Part shown: positions 39,720 through 49,598 of the stretch, piece by piece
Layout of the letters: every line of letters begins with the position of its first letter
Numbering within the stretch: the stretch's first letter is position 1
Virus record (IMG/VR): IMGVR_UViG_3300044624_002142
Location: 1-64,000 of that record
Length of the DNA: 64,000 nucleotides
Strand: one strand, 5' to 3'
Source: a virus
Position numbers and translations under genes: made by a program
Notes under the pieces: model-generated
What the model saw: only the letters and a program-made list of their open reading frames with translations
Database searches by the model: none
What the model was told of the DNA's origin: nothing

Positions 39720-41333
39720 ATGAATAAAAATAAAATTATAAAAGATATTCTAACTGAGTATGCGTTATTAGTTGAAGATGGTGGAATCTCCAAAGTTGAT
39801 GCTGACAAGTTATTAACCGCTATTGAAAACTGTGGATATAGTGAGTATTTTTCACCAACAACTGTTCAGAAGATTGTTGAGGCTGACACAAAGATCGGTT
39901 CTTCGAAATATTTGACCGATGATGAAATTAAATCGTTCAACGTCATGGTTGGACCATTGAGACGTGCTGGTGATTTCAATGACAATGATTTGAAGCAAGT
40001 TGATCTAAGTTTGGCTTATAACAAGCCAGCAGAACGTTTTCCGGGCGATGTTCATGTACCCAATGGTTTGACCTACGACGAAATGGTTGACTTGGTTTCA
40101 AATCCAGAAAAACGCAAAGAGTATGGAATCCCTGAAAACCTTGAATTAAATTTCACAAATTCAAACACAAAGTTAAGACTTAAGTTTGGACCCAAGTTGG
40201 TCTCAATGATCAACGTGCCACAGGGATTGAAAATTGGCACTCCCGGTTGGAGATCTGTTTTGTTGTATTTGCAATTGTACCGTTCACTTGGTGATTTGTT
40301 GAAATCAAAGACAGTTAAGGCAAGTGGCATTGAACAAGAAAAGATCAAGGCTGATCAACTTAACGAGTGGCTCAAAGAAAACAATCCAGAGAAAGTTGTA
40401 TTTGATCTTCATGTTTGGGACAAGGGAGAACACGTTAACACTGGTGTAAAAGTTGATTCTGCTATACACCTACAATTGGGTACTGGAGAAAAGGCAGACA
40501 TTGCCATGTTGGAACGTGGGCGTGAAGTATTTTGGATTTCCTTCAAGGGTGGTGATTTCAAGGAGGGAATGAGTACCAGTGAATTGGCAAATGTTGATTT
40601 TCCACAATATGGTGGATTCGTTGGATTGGATGACATTTATAAGACTGACAAAGTATGGTTGAGTGTCAAATCAAAGATGGTATCTGGTATTGTTAAGAAC
40701 TATCCAAATCGTATTGAAGTCAATCCAAAGACTACTACATTTGATGAAAAGGGCAATCTTGTTAATTTTAACGGTGTTCCCGCCATTGAATCACTAAAGG
40801 GTCAAGGTGAAATGTACAATCTATTGATTGGTGCATTTAAGAAGGGATTTTATCGATTTGTTACAGATCCTAACACTAAACGTAAGTATCTGTACATGAT
40901 GAACAACTTTGATGCTTATTTGGATTTCTTGGATGGATCACCAAAGACCAAAGAAATTGCAGGAAAAGCAATTTATGGTACCGATTTCACTTTGGATAAG
41001 AGCAAGCCATTTAGTCGTCAAAATTGTAGTATTTTGATGCAATCAAGAACTCCTTTGATTATGTCGAGAATTCCTAGCAAGTCAAAGAAAAATATACAAT
41101 TGTTGATTAGAACAGATGAAAACGGACACGTGTTGTTCAATCCAAATCTTCCTTTGCCAAAGAACGCTCAAGATCCATTTCAAAAGTACAAACCGGTGAT
41201 GTATTTTAGAAGTGGAACAAACGAACAGTTTACTACGAATTACAATGGTGATGGATATATGTTCATGAGAGCCAGAATCGTAGTCATTCCAGCAGCTAAG
41301 ATTGCTCCAAAGGCAATTAATCTTGCAAGTTAA
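39720..41333 (+). CDS. Hypothetical protein with a possible PD-(D/E)XK nuclease-like motif
   Basis: GIEQE...KADIAM......WISFK pattern. ATG 39720 is preferred over TTG 39681. Confidence 0.5.
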   Translation: MNKNKIIKDILTEYALLVEDGGISKVDADKLLTAIENCGYSEYFSPTTVQKIVEADTKIGSSKYLTDDEIKSFNVMVGPLRRAGDFNDNDLKQVDLSLAYNKPAERFPGDVHVPNGLTYDEMVDLVSNPEKRKEYGIPENLELNFTNSNTKLRLKFGPKLVSMINVPQGLKIGTPGWRSVLLYLQLYRSLGDLLKSKTVKASGIEQEKIKADQLNEWLKENNPEKVVFDLHVWDKGEHVNTGVKVDSAIHLQLGTGEKADIAMLERGREVFWISFKGGDFKEGMSTSELANVDFPQYGGFVGLDDIYKTDKVWLSVKSKMVSGIVKNYPNRIEVNPKTTTFDEKGNLVNFNGVPAIESLKGQGEMYNLLIGAFKKGFYRFVTDPNTKRKYLYMMNNFDAYLDFLDGSPKTKEIAGKAIYGTDFTLDKSKPFSRQNCSILMQSRTPLIMSRIPSKSKKNIQLLIRTDENGHVLFNPNLPLPKNAQDPFQKYKPVMYFRSGTNEQFTTNYNGDGYMFMRARIVVIPAAKIAPKAINLAS

Positions 41334-41335
41334 AA

Positions 41336-42037
41336 ATGAAAAAGATTTATAAGAACATTTCTGAGTTGTTATCCGAACTTTGTTTAGACAAACGAGTTCA
41401 TGATGGCACATTTGATATTTTCAACAATAACCACATGGATATTTTGCGAGAAAAACTTGCAGAAATGGAAATTCCATCAAATGAAATTGTTGAATTAGCC
41501 AATAAAGTTATCGAAGGTAAGTATCCAGAACGTCAGGCATATAATGCCAAGGGCATTTTGGTTACGTTTCCTAACGCTGAATATAAACAACGTGCGATAC
41601 GTCGTGGAACACATTTTGAAGAAGATCCTACAAAGGGTCAACACAATTTGGATTTTTCGACACCATCACAAACAATACAACAAGAACCGACATCATCTAA
41701 TGAAAAACCTATTGAAATTGAGCCAGGTGTTCAAGAACCTAATCAACAAACTGTTCAACAAAACATCAGTACAACCGATCAGTCAACCAGTCAATCCACC
41801 AGTCAAGGTCAATCCGGAGTTGACACAACCGATCTCGAAACCAGAAGTGCCGATCAAAAAGAAAAAGACGCCGAAGAAGTCGAAAAAATCCTAACGACAG
41901 AATTTACGTTGGAAGAGGCTGTAAATAACAACTGGATCAAAAACAAAGGTCGTTGGTATAATTCTGACGGACTATTAGTTGGTTACGAATGGTATAATGT
42001 AAATAGCCAAAAAACCACAATATTGTCCACAAGATGA
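41336..42037 (+). CDS. Hypothetical protein with a Q/S/T-rich linker
   Basis: 233-aa ORF tightly coupled to its neighbours. Confidence 0.7.
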   Translation: MKKIYKNISELLSELCLDKRVHDGTFDIFNNNHMDILREKLAEMEIPSNEIVELANKVIEGKYPERQAYNAKGILVTFPNAEYKQRAIRRGTHFEEDPTKGQHNLDFSTPSQTIQQEPTSSNEKPIEIEPGVQEPNQQTVQQNISTTDQSTSQSTSQGQSGVDTTDLETRSADQKEKDAEEVEKILTTEFTLEEAVNNNWIKNKGRWYNSDGLLVGYEWYNVNSQKTTILSTR

Positions 42038-42426
42038 AAGATACACAATTACTTTGTACGTTTTCTATACCAACTGAATATAAGTTGATATTGGAACAGA
42101 TCAAATCTTTTTATAAATTATCAAACAATAAGATTTTTGTTTTTAATAATGAAAAAAACAATAATGAGTTATATTTGACTTATAATATTGTTTACACAGA
42201 GTCCGGTTTAAAAAAACTGCCTAATACTATTTCTATACATCGTAAAAAACAAACCAATACTTTGTATACGTTAAATGCCATGAATAAGTTGATTACTGAA
42301 GAAAACAATGGCGTTTTTGATAAGTCATATCAGTTAAATTGGGAGTATTATAAAAACTCATTAATTATAACAAATGAGGTATCGGTTAAAATAATTTCTT
42401 TGAAGATTTTTGACGTAATAAGTTGA
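42034..42426 (+). CDS. Hypothetical phage protein
   Basis: ATGA overlap with the upstream gene; LLCTF...TISIHRKKQTNTLYTLNAMN. Confidence 0.7.
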   Translation: MKDTQLLCTFSIPTEYKLILEQIKSFYKLSNNKIFVFNNEKNNNELYLTYNIVYTESGLKKLPNTISIHRKKQTNTLYTLNAMNKLITEENNGVFDKSYQLNWEYYKNSLIITNEVSVKIISLKIFDVIS

Positions 42427-42451
42427 CTTTTTCGAGTACGTTCACTATAGT
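42423..42451 (+). promoter_or_regulatory. Sigma70-like promoter
   Basis: TTGACT-N17-TATAGT. Confidence 0.75.
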
Positions 42452-42459
42452 TATACCAG

Positions 42460-42537
42460 AATTAGTTACACTGTTTGATTTCGAGTGAAATCGAACTATA
42501 TACTAATTACTACTTAACAATTAATAAATAAATAATT
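42460..42537 (+). promoter_or_regulatory. Structured 5' leader of the SSB gene (stem-loop followed by an unstructured A/U tract)
   Basis: AATTAGT...GTTTGATTTC-GAGT-GAAATCGAAC...ACTAATT, then a G-free A/T-rich run up to the ATG. Confidence 0.5.
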
Positions 42538-43407
42538 ATGGCAATCGACTTGTCTAAAATCAAGAGCCGTTTGAACTCCCTTTCAAACACAAATAATAAG
42601 ACTCAAATTATTTGGAAGCCAAAGCCCGGTAAGCAAACTATTCGTATCGTACCTTATCGATATCAACCAGATACCCCGTTTATTGAACTCAAGTTCCATT
42701 ACGGCATCAATAACAAGACTTATCTATCGCCTGATAGCTTTAATCGTCCTGATCCTATCGTCGAGTTTAGCAATAGACTCAAGAAGACTGGCTCCAAGGA
42801 AGATTGGCAGACCGGACGTAAGATGGAACCCAAGATGCGTACTTTCGCGCCAGTGATCGTTCGTGGTGAAGAACATGAAGGTGTCAAGTTCTGGGGATTC
42901 GGAAAGCAGGTCTATCAAGAGATTCTATCGGTTATGGCTGACCCAGATTACGGTGATATTAGTGATCTATCGTCAGGACGTGATATCGTTGTTGAGTTTC
43001 GTACCGCTGATGACAGTGGTAAGAGTTATCCGGAAACTTCAATTCGTGTAAAGCCTAACTCTACACCAGCTGTTGATCCTAAGGATACTAAGATGATTGA
43101 GGCAATCAAGAGTCAGCCAGACATTCTTGATTTGTTCCCAGAACCTAAGTATGATGAACTTAAGGAGGTTATGAATGCATGGCTAAATCCAGAGGAAGCT
43201 CAGTCTGAGACCGTCACTAACTCAGTTGTTGACGAAGAGGATACTCAACCAGTCGCTGTAGCAGCTATTGCTCAGTCGGACGATGTGAGTACTAAGTCTC
43301 CAACTCCTAGTAAGCCCGCAAGTACTGGTAAGTCTCCAAGTGCTAGTTCAGCAAAGTCAAACACCGAAGACCTAACAAAGGCGTTTGATAATTTGTTCAG
43401 TAATTAA
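42538..43407 (+). CDS. Single-stranded DNA-binding protein (T4 gp32-like)
   Basis: WKPKPGKQTIRIVP, VIVRGEE..GVKFWGFGK.VY, DYGDISD...GRDI, a low-complexity tail ending FDNLFSN; lies upstream of RecA. Confidence 0.82.
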   Translation: MAIDLSKIKSRLNSLSNTNNKTQIIWKPKPGKQTIRIVPYRYQPDTPFIELKFHYGINNKTYLSPDSFNRPDPIVEFSNRLKKTGSKEDWQTGRKMEPKMRTFAPVIVRGEEHEGVKFWGFGKQVYQEILSVMADPDYGDISDLSSGRDIVVEFRTADDSGKSYPETSIRVKPNSTPAVDPKDTKMIEAIKSQPDILDLFPEPKYDELKEVMNAWLNPEEAQSETVTNSVVDEEDTQPVAVAAIAQSDDVSTKSPTPSKPASTGKSPSASSAKSNTEDLTKAFDNLFSN

Positions 43408-43418
43408 TAAATCACAAT

Positions 43419-43455
43419 AGGAGAGGTGATGGGCAAACTGTCACCTCTCCTTTTT
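43419..43455 (+). terminator. Intrinsic terminator
   Basis: AGGAGAGGTGATGG-GCAAA-CTGTCACCTCTCCTTTTT. Confidence 0.85.
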
Positions 43456-43471
43456 AGTTTTCAAAAAAGTT

Positions 43472-44668
43472 ATGACAGAAGATACACAAAAAAAGAAAAA
43501 GAAATCAACTCATGTAACTCATGAAGTTGAATCACAACGAGATGAACTAGTTGAGTCTCTCGCTGATGTTCTAAACAAGGCCAATAAAGACGCAGGCAAG
43601 TGTGCGTTTTTCTTGGATCAAAAGGAAGATCCATCCACGATTACGGATTGGATCAGTACAGGTTGCGACATATTGGATCTCGCAATTTCAAATCGTCCAC
43701 ATGCAGGTATTCCAGTTGGACGTATAACCGAAGTTACTGGACTTGAAGCATCGGGTAAGAGTTTGTTGGCAGCTCATTTGCTTGCGGAAACTCAAAAGAA
43801 GGGCGGACTTGCAGTGTTTATTGACACAGAACAATCAGTTTCACAAGACTTTTTGGCTGCAATTGGAGTTAACGTACCAAAGATGTTGTATGTTGATGCT
43901 CACACGGTAGAAGACATCTTTGAAAAGATTGAAACACTGATTGCTCATGTTCGTAAGTCAAATCGAGATCGTCTTGTTACAATCGTTGTTGATAGTGTTG
44001 CTGCTGCATCAACCAAGGGAGAATTGGAAGCAGATCATGGTAAGGATGGTTTTGCTACTGGTAAGGCAATTATCATTTCTAAGGCGATGCGTAAGATTAA
44101 CGATATGATTGGTAGACAACGTATTGCGTTGATTTTCACTAATCAGCTACGTGTAAATCTTCAGGCAGCAATGTTTGGAGACAAGTATACTACTAGTGGT
44201 GGTAAGGCTATTCAGTATCATGCTAGTGTTCGTCTTCGTTTGAAGGGTATGGGAGCACTGAAGGTTACTCAGAATGGTGAACCAGCCCATATTGGTGTCA
44301 AGACACGAGCAGTCGTTGTAAAGAATCGTATGGGTCCGCCTATGAGATTTGCTGACTTTAATATCTACTTTGATAGTGGCATTGATAATTATGGTAACTG
44401 GATTGAGGTGTTGAAGAAACACTCAATTATTACAGGAGCGAAATCACCATATTCTTATACTAAGAACAATGGTGAAATTGTTAAGATCGATACCAAGACG
44501 TTTGCTAAGGACGTAAAGGTTGATAACGAACTTCGTGAGGAGCTGTATCAAAAGATTGCTGATGTTACGATCATGAAGTATAAGTCACCTGACAGTGAAA
44601 TTCGTGAGGATGTGGAAGTAGATTCTTCTGAAGATGCAGAAGAAGTTGGTGGAGAAGCTGAAGAATAA
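43472..44668 (+). CDS. recA: RecA/UvsX-like recombinase
   Basis: ISTG...LD.AI, GRITEV.GLEASGKS, FIDTE, IVVDSVAA, IFTNQLR, TTSGGKA and VVKNR.GPP. Confidence 0.95.
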   Translation: MTEDTQKKKKKSTHVTHEVESQRDELVESLADVLNKANKDAGKCAFFLDQKEDPSTITDWISTGCDILDLAISNRPHAGIPVGRITEVTGLEASGKSLLAAHLLAETQKKGGLAVFIDTEQSVSQDFLAAIGVNVPKMLYVDAHTVEDIFEKIETLIAHVRKSNRDRLVTIVVDSVAAASTKGELEADHGKDGFATGKAIIISKAMRKINDMIGRQRIALIFTNQLRVNLQAAMFGDKYTTSGGKAIQYHASVRLRLKGMGALKVTQNGEPAHIGVKTRAVVVKNRMGPPMRFADFNIYFDSGIDNYGNWIEVLKKHSIITGAKSPYSYTKNNGEIVKIDTKTFAKDVKVDNELREELYQKIADVTIMKYKSPDSEIREDVEVDSSEDAEEVGGEAEE

Positions 44669-44674
44669 TAATAT

Positions 44675-45739
44675 ATGAGTTTTAATCAAGACGAAAAAAA
44701 GAGATTGTTCTCTATCTTTGAAAATATTTCACAAGAAGATAAGAATAAAGTATCTAATCGAAATCAAAATTCCGATATTCTCTTGATCGATGCGCTCAAT
44801 ACATTTATTCGTGCTTATTCGGTAATGCCATCCATGAATGAAGATGGTCTTCATACGGGTGGCATTGCCGGATTTCTTAAAAGTATGGGATATGCAATTA
44901 AATTGCTTAACCCTACCCGATGTGTTGTTATATTTGATGGTAATGGTGGAAGCATGAAGCGTCGTAAGATTTATCCACAATACAAAGATAAACGACACAC
45001 AAAAATTCGTCTTAACAGAGCATATTCAGAGTTGTCTACATCTGACGTAGAAGAAAAGAATATGAAATCTCAATTGTTGAGGTCAGTTCATTATTTGGAT
45101 TGTTTGCCAGTTTCAACTATGGCAATTGACCACATTGAAGCAGACGATACTATTGCTTATATTGCGCAACAATACTGCAAGGATAGTAATGTTACTATAA
45201 TGAGCGCTGACAAAGATTTTCTACAATTAGCCAGTGAAAAAGTCAAGATTTGGAGTCCTACTAAAAAGAAACTATATGGATGTGCTGAGATTCTAAATGA
45301 ATACGGCGTTAGTTGTCAAAATTATATTTGGTATAGAGTTTTAGAAGGAGACGTATCTGATAATATCGACGGCATACAAGGAGCTGGCTTAAAAACGGTC
45401 ATCAAGTGTTTTCCTTTTTTTGCCGAGAATCGACATGTAGAACTAGACGAGATTTATAATTACTGTGAAAATAATCAAAGTAAGTATAAATTGTATCGTA
45501 CCATACTTGAAAACAAAGATGTTGTAGAACGTAACTATACGTTGATGCAGTTGAAAGACACGGAGGTTCAAAGTTTCTCACAACTCCGTATTAATGAAAT
45601 ACTAGATAAGCCAACACAGAAGCTGGACCGAGTTAGTTTTTCTAAATTGGTCACTGAAGATAAAATGTGGAGTAACATTCCCAATTACCAAATATGGCTC
45701 AATGAATGTTTTGGTAAGTTGACCACGTTGGTGAGATAA
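44675..45739 (+). CDS. 5'-3' exonuclease / flap endonuclease (T4 RNase H-like)
   Basis: LLIDALN, IFDG, R..IYP.YK, EADDTIA, SADKDFLQL and GD.SDNI.GI.G.G.KT. Confidence 0.93.
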   Translation: MSFNQDEKKRLFSIFENISQEDKNKVSNRNQNSDILLIDALNTFIRAYSVMPSMNEDGLHTGGIAGFLKSMGYAIKLLNPTRCVVIFDGNGGSMKRRKIYPQYKDKRHTKIRLNRAYSELSTSDVEEKNMKSQLLRSVHYLDCLPVSTMAIDHIEADDTIAYIAQQYCKDSNVTIMSADKDFLQLASEKVKIWSPTKKKLYGCAEILNEYGVSCQNYIWYRVLEGDVSDNIDGIQGAGLKTVIKCFPFFAENRHVELDEIYNYCENNQSKYKLYRTILENKDVVERNYTLMQLKDTEVQSFSQLRINEILDKPTQKLDRVSFSKLVTEDKMWSNIPNYQIWLNECFGKLTTLVR

Positions 45740-45811
45740 TAAATCAATAAAATAAGTATACAAATAGGAAAATATAACCTACACTGGTTATGTAGTAAAA
45801 TATTATTAATT

Positions 45812-47197
45812 ATGAGTGAAAATCACATTATAGACAATTTGAAGAAGTTTGGATCTGAATTCCAAATCAAATGCATATCTGGAATTCTTAGCGATAAGAC
45901 TTTCTTGGAGAGACTTTCTGATATCATTGATCCAACTTCATTTGAATCAGATGCACATCAATGGATTGTAAAACAAACTGTATCGTACTTTATGCATTAT
46001 AAAGATCTACCTACACTTAATGTATTTAAGATAAAGGTGGATGGAATTGAAAACAACGTATTGAAGGAAAGTGTTGTTTCACAACTTCGTAATGTGTATC
46101 AAAAAATCACAGATAGTGATTTGAAGTTTGTTAAAGAACAGTATCTTGAATTTTGTAAGAGTCAAAAACTCAAGAGTGCAATTATGGACAGTGTTAATTA
46201 TCTGAAACAGGGTAATTATGAACAAGTCAAAGCATTGGTTGACAATGCAATGAAGGCTGGAATGGAACGTAATATTGGTCATGACTATATGACTGAAGTT
46301 GAAAAACGTATGAGTGTTATGGCCCGTAACACGGTAAAGACCAACTGGAACGAGGTTGATACCATTATGGACGGTGGACTGGCGGCTGGTGAACTTGGAA
46401 TTATTACGGCTTGTGCTGGTGCTGGAAAAAGTTGGGTTCTTGCCAAGATGGGGGCTGAGGCGATGAAACAAGGTAAGAACGTAGTTCATTTTACTCTTGA
46501 GTTGAATGAAAACTATGTGGGTCTTCGTTATGATAGTTGTTTTACCGGAATTGATTTCCAAAATATTCGTAACAATGTAGATATTGTCCGTAAGAAGATC
46601 GAACAAGTGCCTGGCAAGTTGTTCATCAAGTATTTTCCAATTAAGACTGTCAGTGCACATCATTTGAAGATGCATGTCGAACGTATTGCTATGTTGGGAA
46701 GTAAGATTGATATGATTGTCGTCGATTATGCTGATATTCTACGACCTTATCAGAGTGACCGTAATAGCAATAGTTACAGTGAAGCAGGTGGTATATATGA
46801 GGAACTTCGTAGTGTTGCGGGTGAATTGCAAGTACCTATTTGGAGTGCTTCACAGAGTAATCGTGCTGCTATGGATGAAGATATTATTCAGGCAAACAAT
46901 ATTTCGGATTCATATCGTAAGATCATGACAGCTGACTTTGTTATGTCACTTAGTCGTAAAGTTACCGATAAAGTTGCTAATACTGCACGGTTTCATATTA
47001 TTAAGAATCGTTTTGGTCCTGATGGACTGACATTTCCTGCCAGAATGAACGCTGGATGTGGTGATATTCAAATTTTTGCTGAAAATTCGAAGGATGGTAT
47101 GGCTATTATTAACGAAATGGGAGACAGTGAGAATTTGGTTAAGAAGGCATTGTCAAACAAGTGGAATACTCACATGGGAGATGATGATGATGAATGA
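45812..47197 (+). CDS. Replicative helicase (DnaB / T4 gp41-like)
   Basis: GGLAAGEL...AGAGKS, HFTLEL, IVVDYADI, WSASQSNR and KNRFG. Confidence 0.93.
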   Translation: MSENHIIDNLKKFGSEFQIKCISGILSDKTFLERLSDIIDPTSFESDAHQWIVKQTVSYFMHYKDLPTLNVFKIKVDGIENNVLKESVVSQLRNVYQKITDSDLKFVKEQYLEFCKSQKLKSAIMDSVNYLKQGNYEQVKALVDNAMKAGMERNIGHDYMTEVEKRMSVMARNTVKTNWNEVDTIMDGGLAAGELGIITACAGAGKSWVLAKMGAEAMKQGKNVVHFTLELNENYVGLRYDSCFTGIDFQNIRNNVDIVRKKIEQVPGKLFIKYFPIKTVSAHHLKMHVERIAMLGSKIDMIVVDYADILRPYQSDRNSNSYSEAGGIYEELRSVAGELQVPIWSASQSNRAAMDEDIIQANNISDSYRKIMTADFVMSLSRKVTDKVANTARFHIIKNRFGPDGLTFPARMNAGCGDIQIFAENSKDGMAIINEMGDSENLVKKALSNKWNTHMGDDDDE

Positions 47198-47294
47198 TAG
47201 TATGTAACAGTCGGAAAACATTAAAAAAATTATAAAAAATCAACATCAACATATAAAATTTAGAGTGAAAGTATCATAGTTATTTTTTGTCTAT

Positions 47295-49595
47295 ATGAAA
47301 AAAGAAATCTTTATTAAAAAAAGAAGCGGATTATTGGAAAAATTCAATGCTGATAAAATCAACAAGGTTTTACAATGGGCAACTGAAGGTATTAAGAATG
47401 TCTCGTTTGAAGAAGTCGCAATGAACGCACATTTGTCGTTCTTTGATGGAATGTCATCTGGTGCAATTCATGCAATGTTGATTGAAGCTGCCTCAAATTT
47501 GATTTCAATCGAAAAGCCAAATTATCAATTTGTGGCATCAAGGTTGATGAACTACCAACTTCGTAAAAAGGTGTGGGGAGGAAAGAATCCTCCTAAGTTG
47601 TATGATCTTTTAAAGACCAATATTGATAAGTTGGTGTACGATGACGCTATCTTGGATTGGTATTCCAAAAAGGATTTTGACAAATTGGATGAATATTTGA
47701 AGCATGATCGTGACTTTGATTTTTCTTATGCTGGAATCAAACAGTTGTGTGACAAGTATCTGATTCAAAACCGTAGTACTAAGGAGATCTACGAGACTCC
47801 GCAATTCGCTTATATGCTAATTGCAATGACTTTCTTCAAGGACTATAGTGATAACCGTATTGAGTACGTCAAGAAGGCCTATAACTACTTCAGCAAACAT
47901 AAGATCAACCTTCCAACTCCAATTATGGCAGGTGTTCGATCAGTTATGAAGAGTTATGCTTCATGCAGTTTGTTTACCGTTGATGATACACTCAAAAGTA
48001 TCTTCAGCAACAACACTGCTGTTGGATTTGCAACCGCTAGTCGTTATGGAATCGGACTCAATTTGAGTCGTTTGCGTGCTACAAACGCCCCAATCCGTAA
48101 TGGTGAAGTGATTCATACCGGCCCAATTCCTTTTGCCAAGGCTTTTGAGTCTACTGTGAAGTGTTGTCACCAGAATGGTATTCGTGGCGGTAGTGCAACA
48201 GTCAATTTTGCATGGTTTCACTACGACATCATGGATATTTTGGTATTGAAGAACAACGCTGGAACGGATGATAACCGTGTTCGTAAGTTGGATTACTGTA
48301 TTGGTCTTGATAAGTTGATCTTTGAACGCTTCTTGGAAAACAAGGACGTGACATTGTTCAGTTATCATGAGTGTGCAAGTCTCTGGAACACATTTGGATA
48401 TCCCGAATTTAAGGAGAAGTATGAAAAGGCTGAAGCTAACAAGAACATCAAGTTCAAGAAGACGGTCAAAGCTCGTGAATTGATGGGTCTTCTTGCTAAG
48501 GAACGTCTTGAAACCGGGCGTATTTACACAATGTTCGTGGATCATGCAAATGAACACGGTAGTTGGTTAGATCAAGTTGATACGAGCAATCTTTGTCTTG
48601 AGGTGAATCATCCTTTGATTCCTATTGAGGATGTGAATGATCCTAATGGTGAGATTGGCGTGTGTATTTTGGCCGCTGTAAATTGGTTGGAGATCAAGGA
48701 TGACGATGAAATGAAGAACGTTTGTGACGTTATCGTTCGTATGTTGGATTCTTTGATTGAACACCAGAACTATTTCGTTCCTGCTGCTGAAAACTTCGCT
48801 AAAAAGCGTCGTAGTCTTGGTGTTGGAGTGAGTAACTTGGCTGCTCTACTTGCTAGAGAGGGTTTGAAGTATTGGGATAAGGATGCTCCAAACTTTGTTG
48901 CCAAGTGGATGGAGAAGATGAGTTACTACTTGATTGAAGCGAGTGTTGAAATGGCTAAGGAACGTGGTGTATGTGAAAAGTTTGATCGTACTAAGTTCAG
49001 TAAAGGTATTTTGCCAATCGATACATACAAGAAGGACATTAATGAATTCATTACTGAACCATTACACATGGATTGGGAAGGATTGCGTGTTAAGATTAAA
49101 CAACATGGAATGCGTCATAGTACATTGACTGCTTGTATGCCTGTTGAATCCAGCAGTGTTATTCAGAGTAGTACCAATGGAATCGAACCTCCACGTAGTT
49201 TGATTAGTTACAAGGGCAGTAAGGCTAACATTTTGCCGGTAGTGGTACCTGGCATCGATAAGTATAGTGAAAATTATACGTTTGCGTTTGACATGCCGGA
49301 TAATAGTGGGTACCTTAAGGTAGCAGCTGCTATTCAGAAGTTTACTGATATGAGCATCAGCACCAATACGTACTATGTTCCGTCACGTTATTCTCAAAAC
49401 AAAGTTCCTGTTCAAGAGGTAATTAAGGATATTTTGTTGGCATACAAGTATGGTATCAAAAATCTGTATTATGCTAATACAGATGACGGTGACAAACAGA
49501 CTGCAATGGAAGATAATAAACAAAACGTTAAAGTTATTGAACCTAAAATTGAAGAAGAGTCAACTGGGTGTTCCAGTGGGGCTTGTGCTATGTAA
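47295..49595 (+). CDS. nrdA: Ribonucleotide reductase class Ia alpha subunit with ATP-cone
   Basis: IKKRSG ATP-cone, PTPIMAG, ASC, QNGIRGG, SNLCLE, MP.ESSS, TNGIEP, LYY and C-terminal CSSGAC. Confidence 0.97.
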   Translation: MKKEIFIKKRSGLLEKFNADKINKVLQWATEGIKNVSFEEVAMNAHLSFFDGMSSGAIHAMLIEAASNLISIEKPNYQFVASRLMNYQLRKKVWGGKNPPKLYDLLKTNIDKLVYDDAILDWYSKKDFDKLDEYLKHDRDFDFSYAGIKQLCDKYLIQNRSTKEIYETPQFAYMLIAMTFFKDYSDNRIEYVKKAYNYFSKHKINLPTPIMAGVRSVMKSYASCSLFTVDDTLKSIFSNNTAVGFATASRYGIGLNLSRLRATNAPIRNGEVIHTGPIPFAKAFESTVKCCHQNGIRGGSATVNFAWFHYDIMDILVLKNNAGTDDNRVRKLDYCIGLDKLIFERFLENKDVTLFSYHECASLWNTFGYPEFKEKYEKAEANKNIKFKKTVKARELMGLLAKERLETGRIYTMFVDHANEHGSWLDQVDTSNLCLEVNHPLIPIEDVNDPNGEIGVCILAAVNWLEIKDDDEMKNVCDVIVRMLDSLIEHQNYFVPAAENFAKKRRSLGVGVSNLAALLAREGLKYWDKDAPNFVAKWMEKMSYYLIEASVEMAKERGVCEKFDRTKFSKGILPIDTYKKDINEFITEPLHMDWEGLRVKIKQHGMRHSTLTACMPVESSSVIQSSTNGIEPPRSLISYKGSKANILPVVVPGIDKYSENYTFAFDMPDNSGYLKVAAAIQKFTDMSISTNTYYVPSRYSQNKVPVQEVIKDILLAYKYGIKNLYYANTDDGDKQTAMEDNKQNVKVIEPKIEEESTGCSSGACAM

Positions 49596-49598
49596 AAT

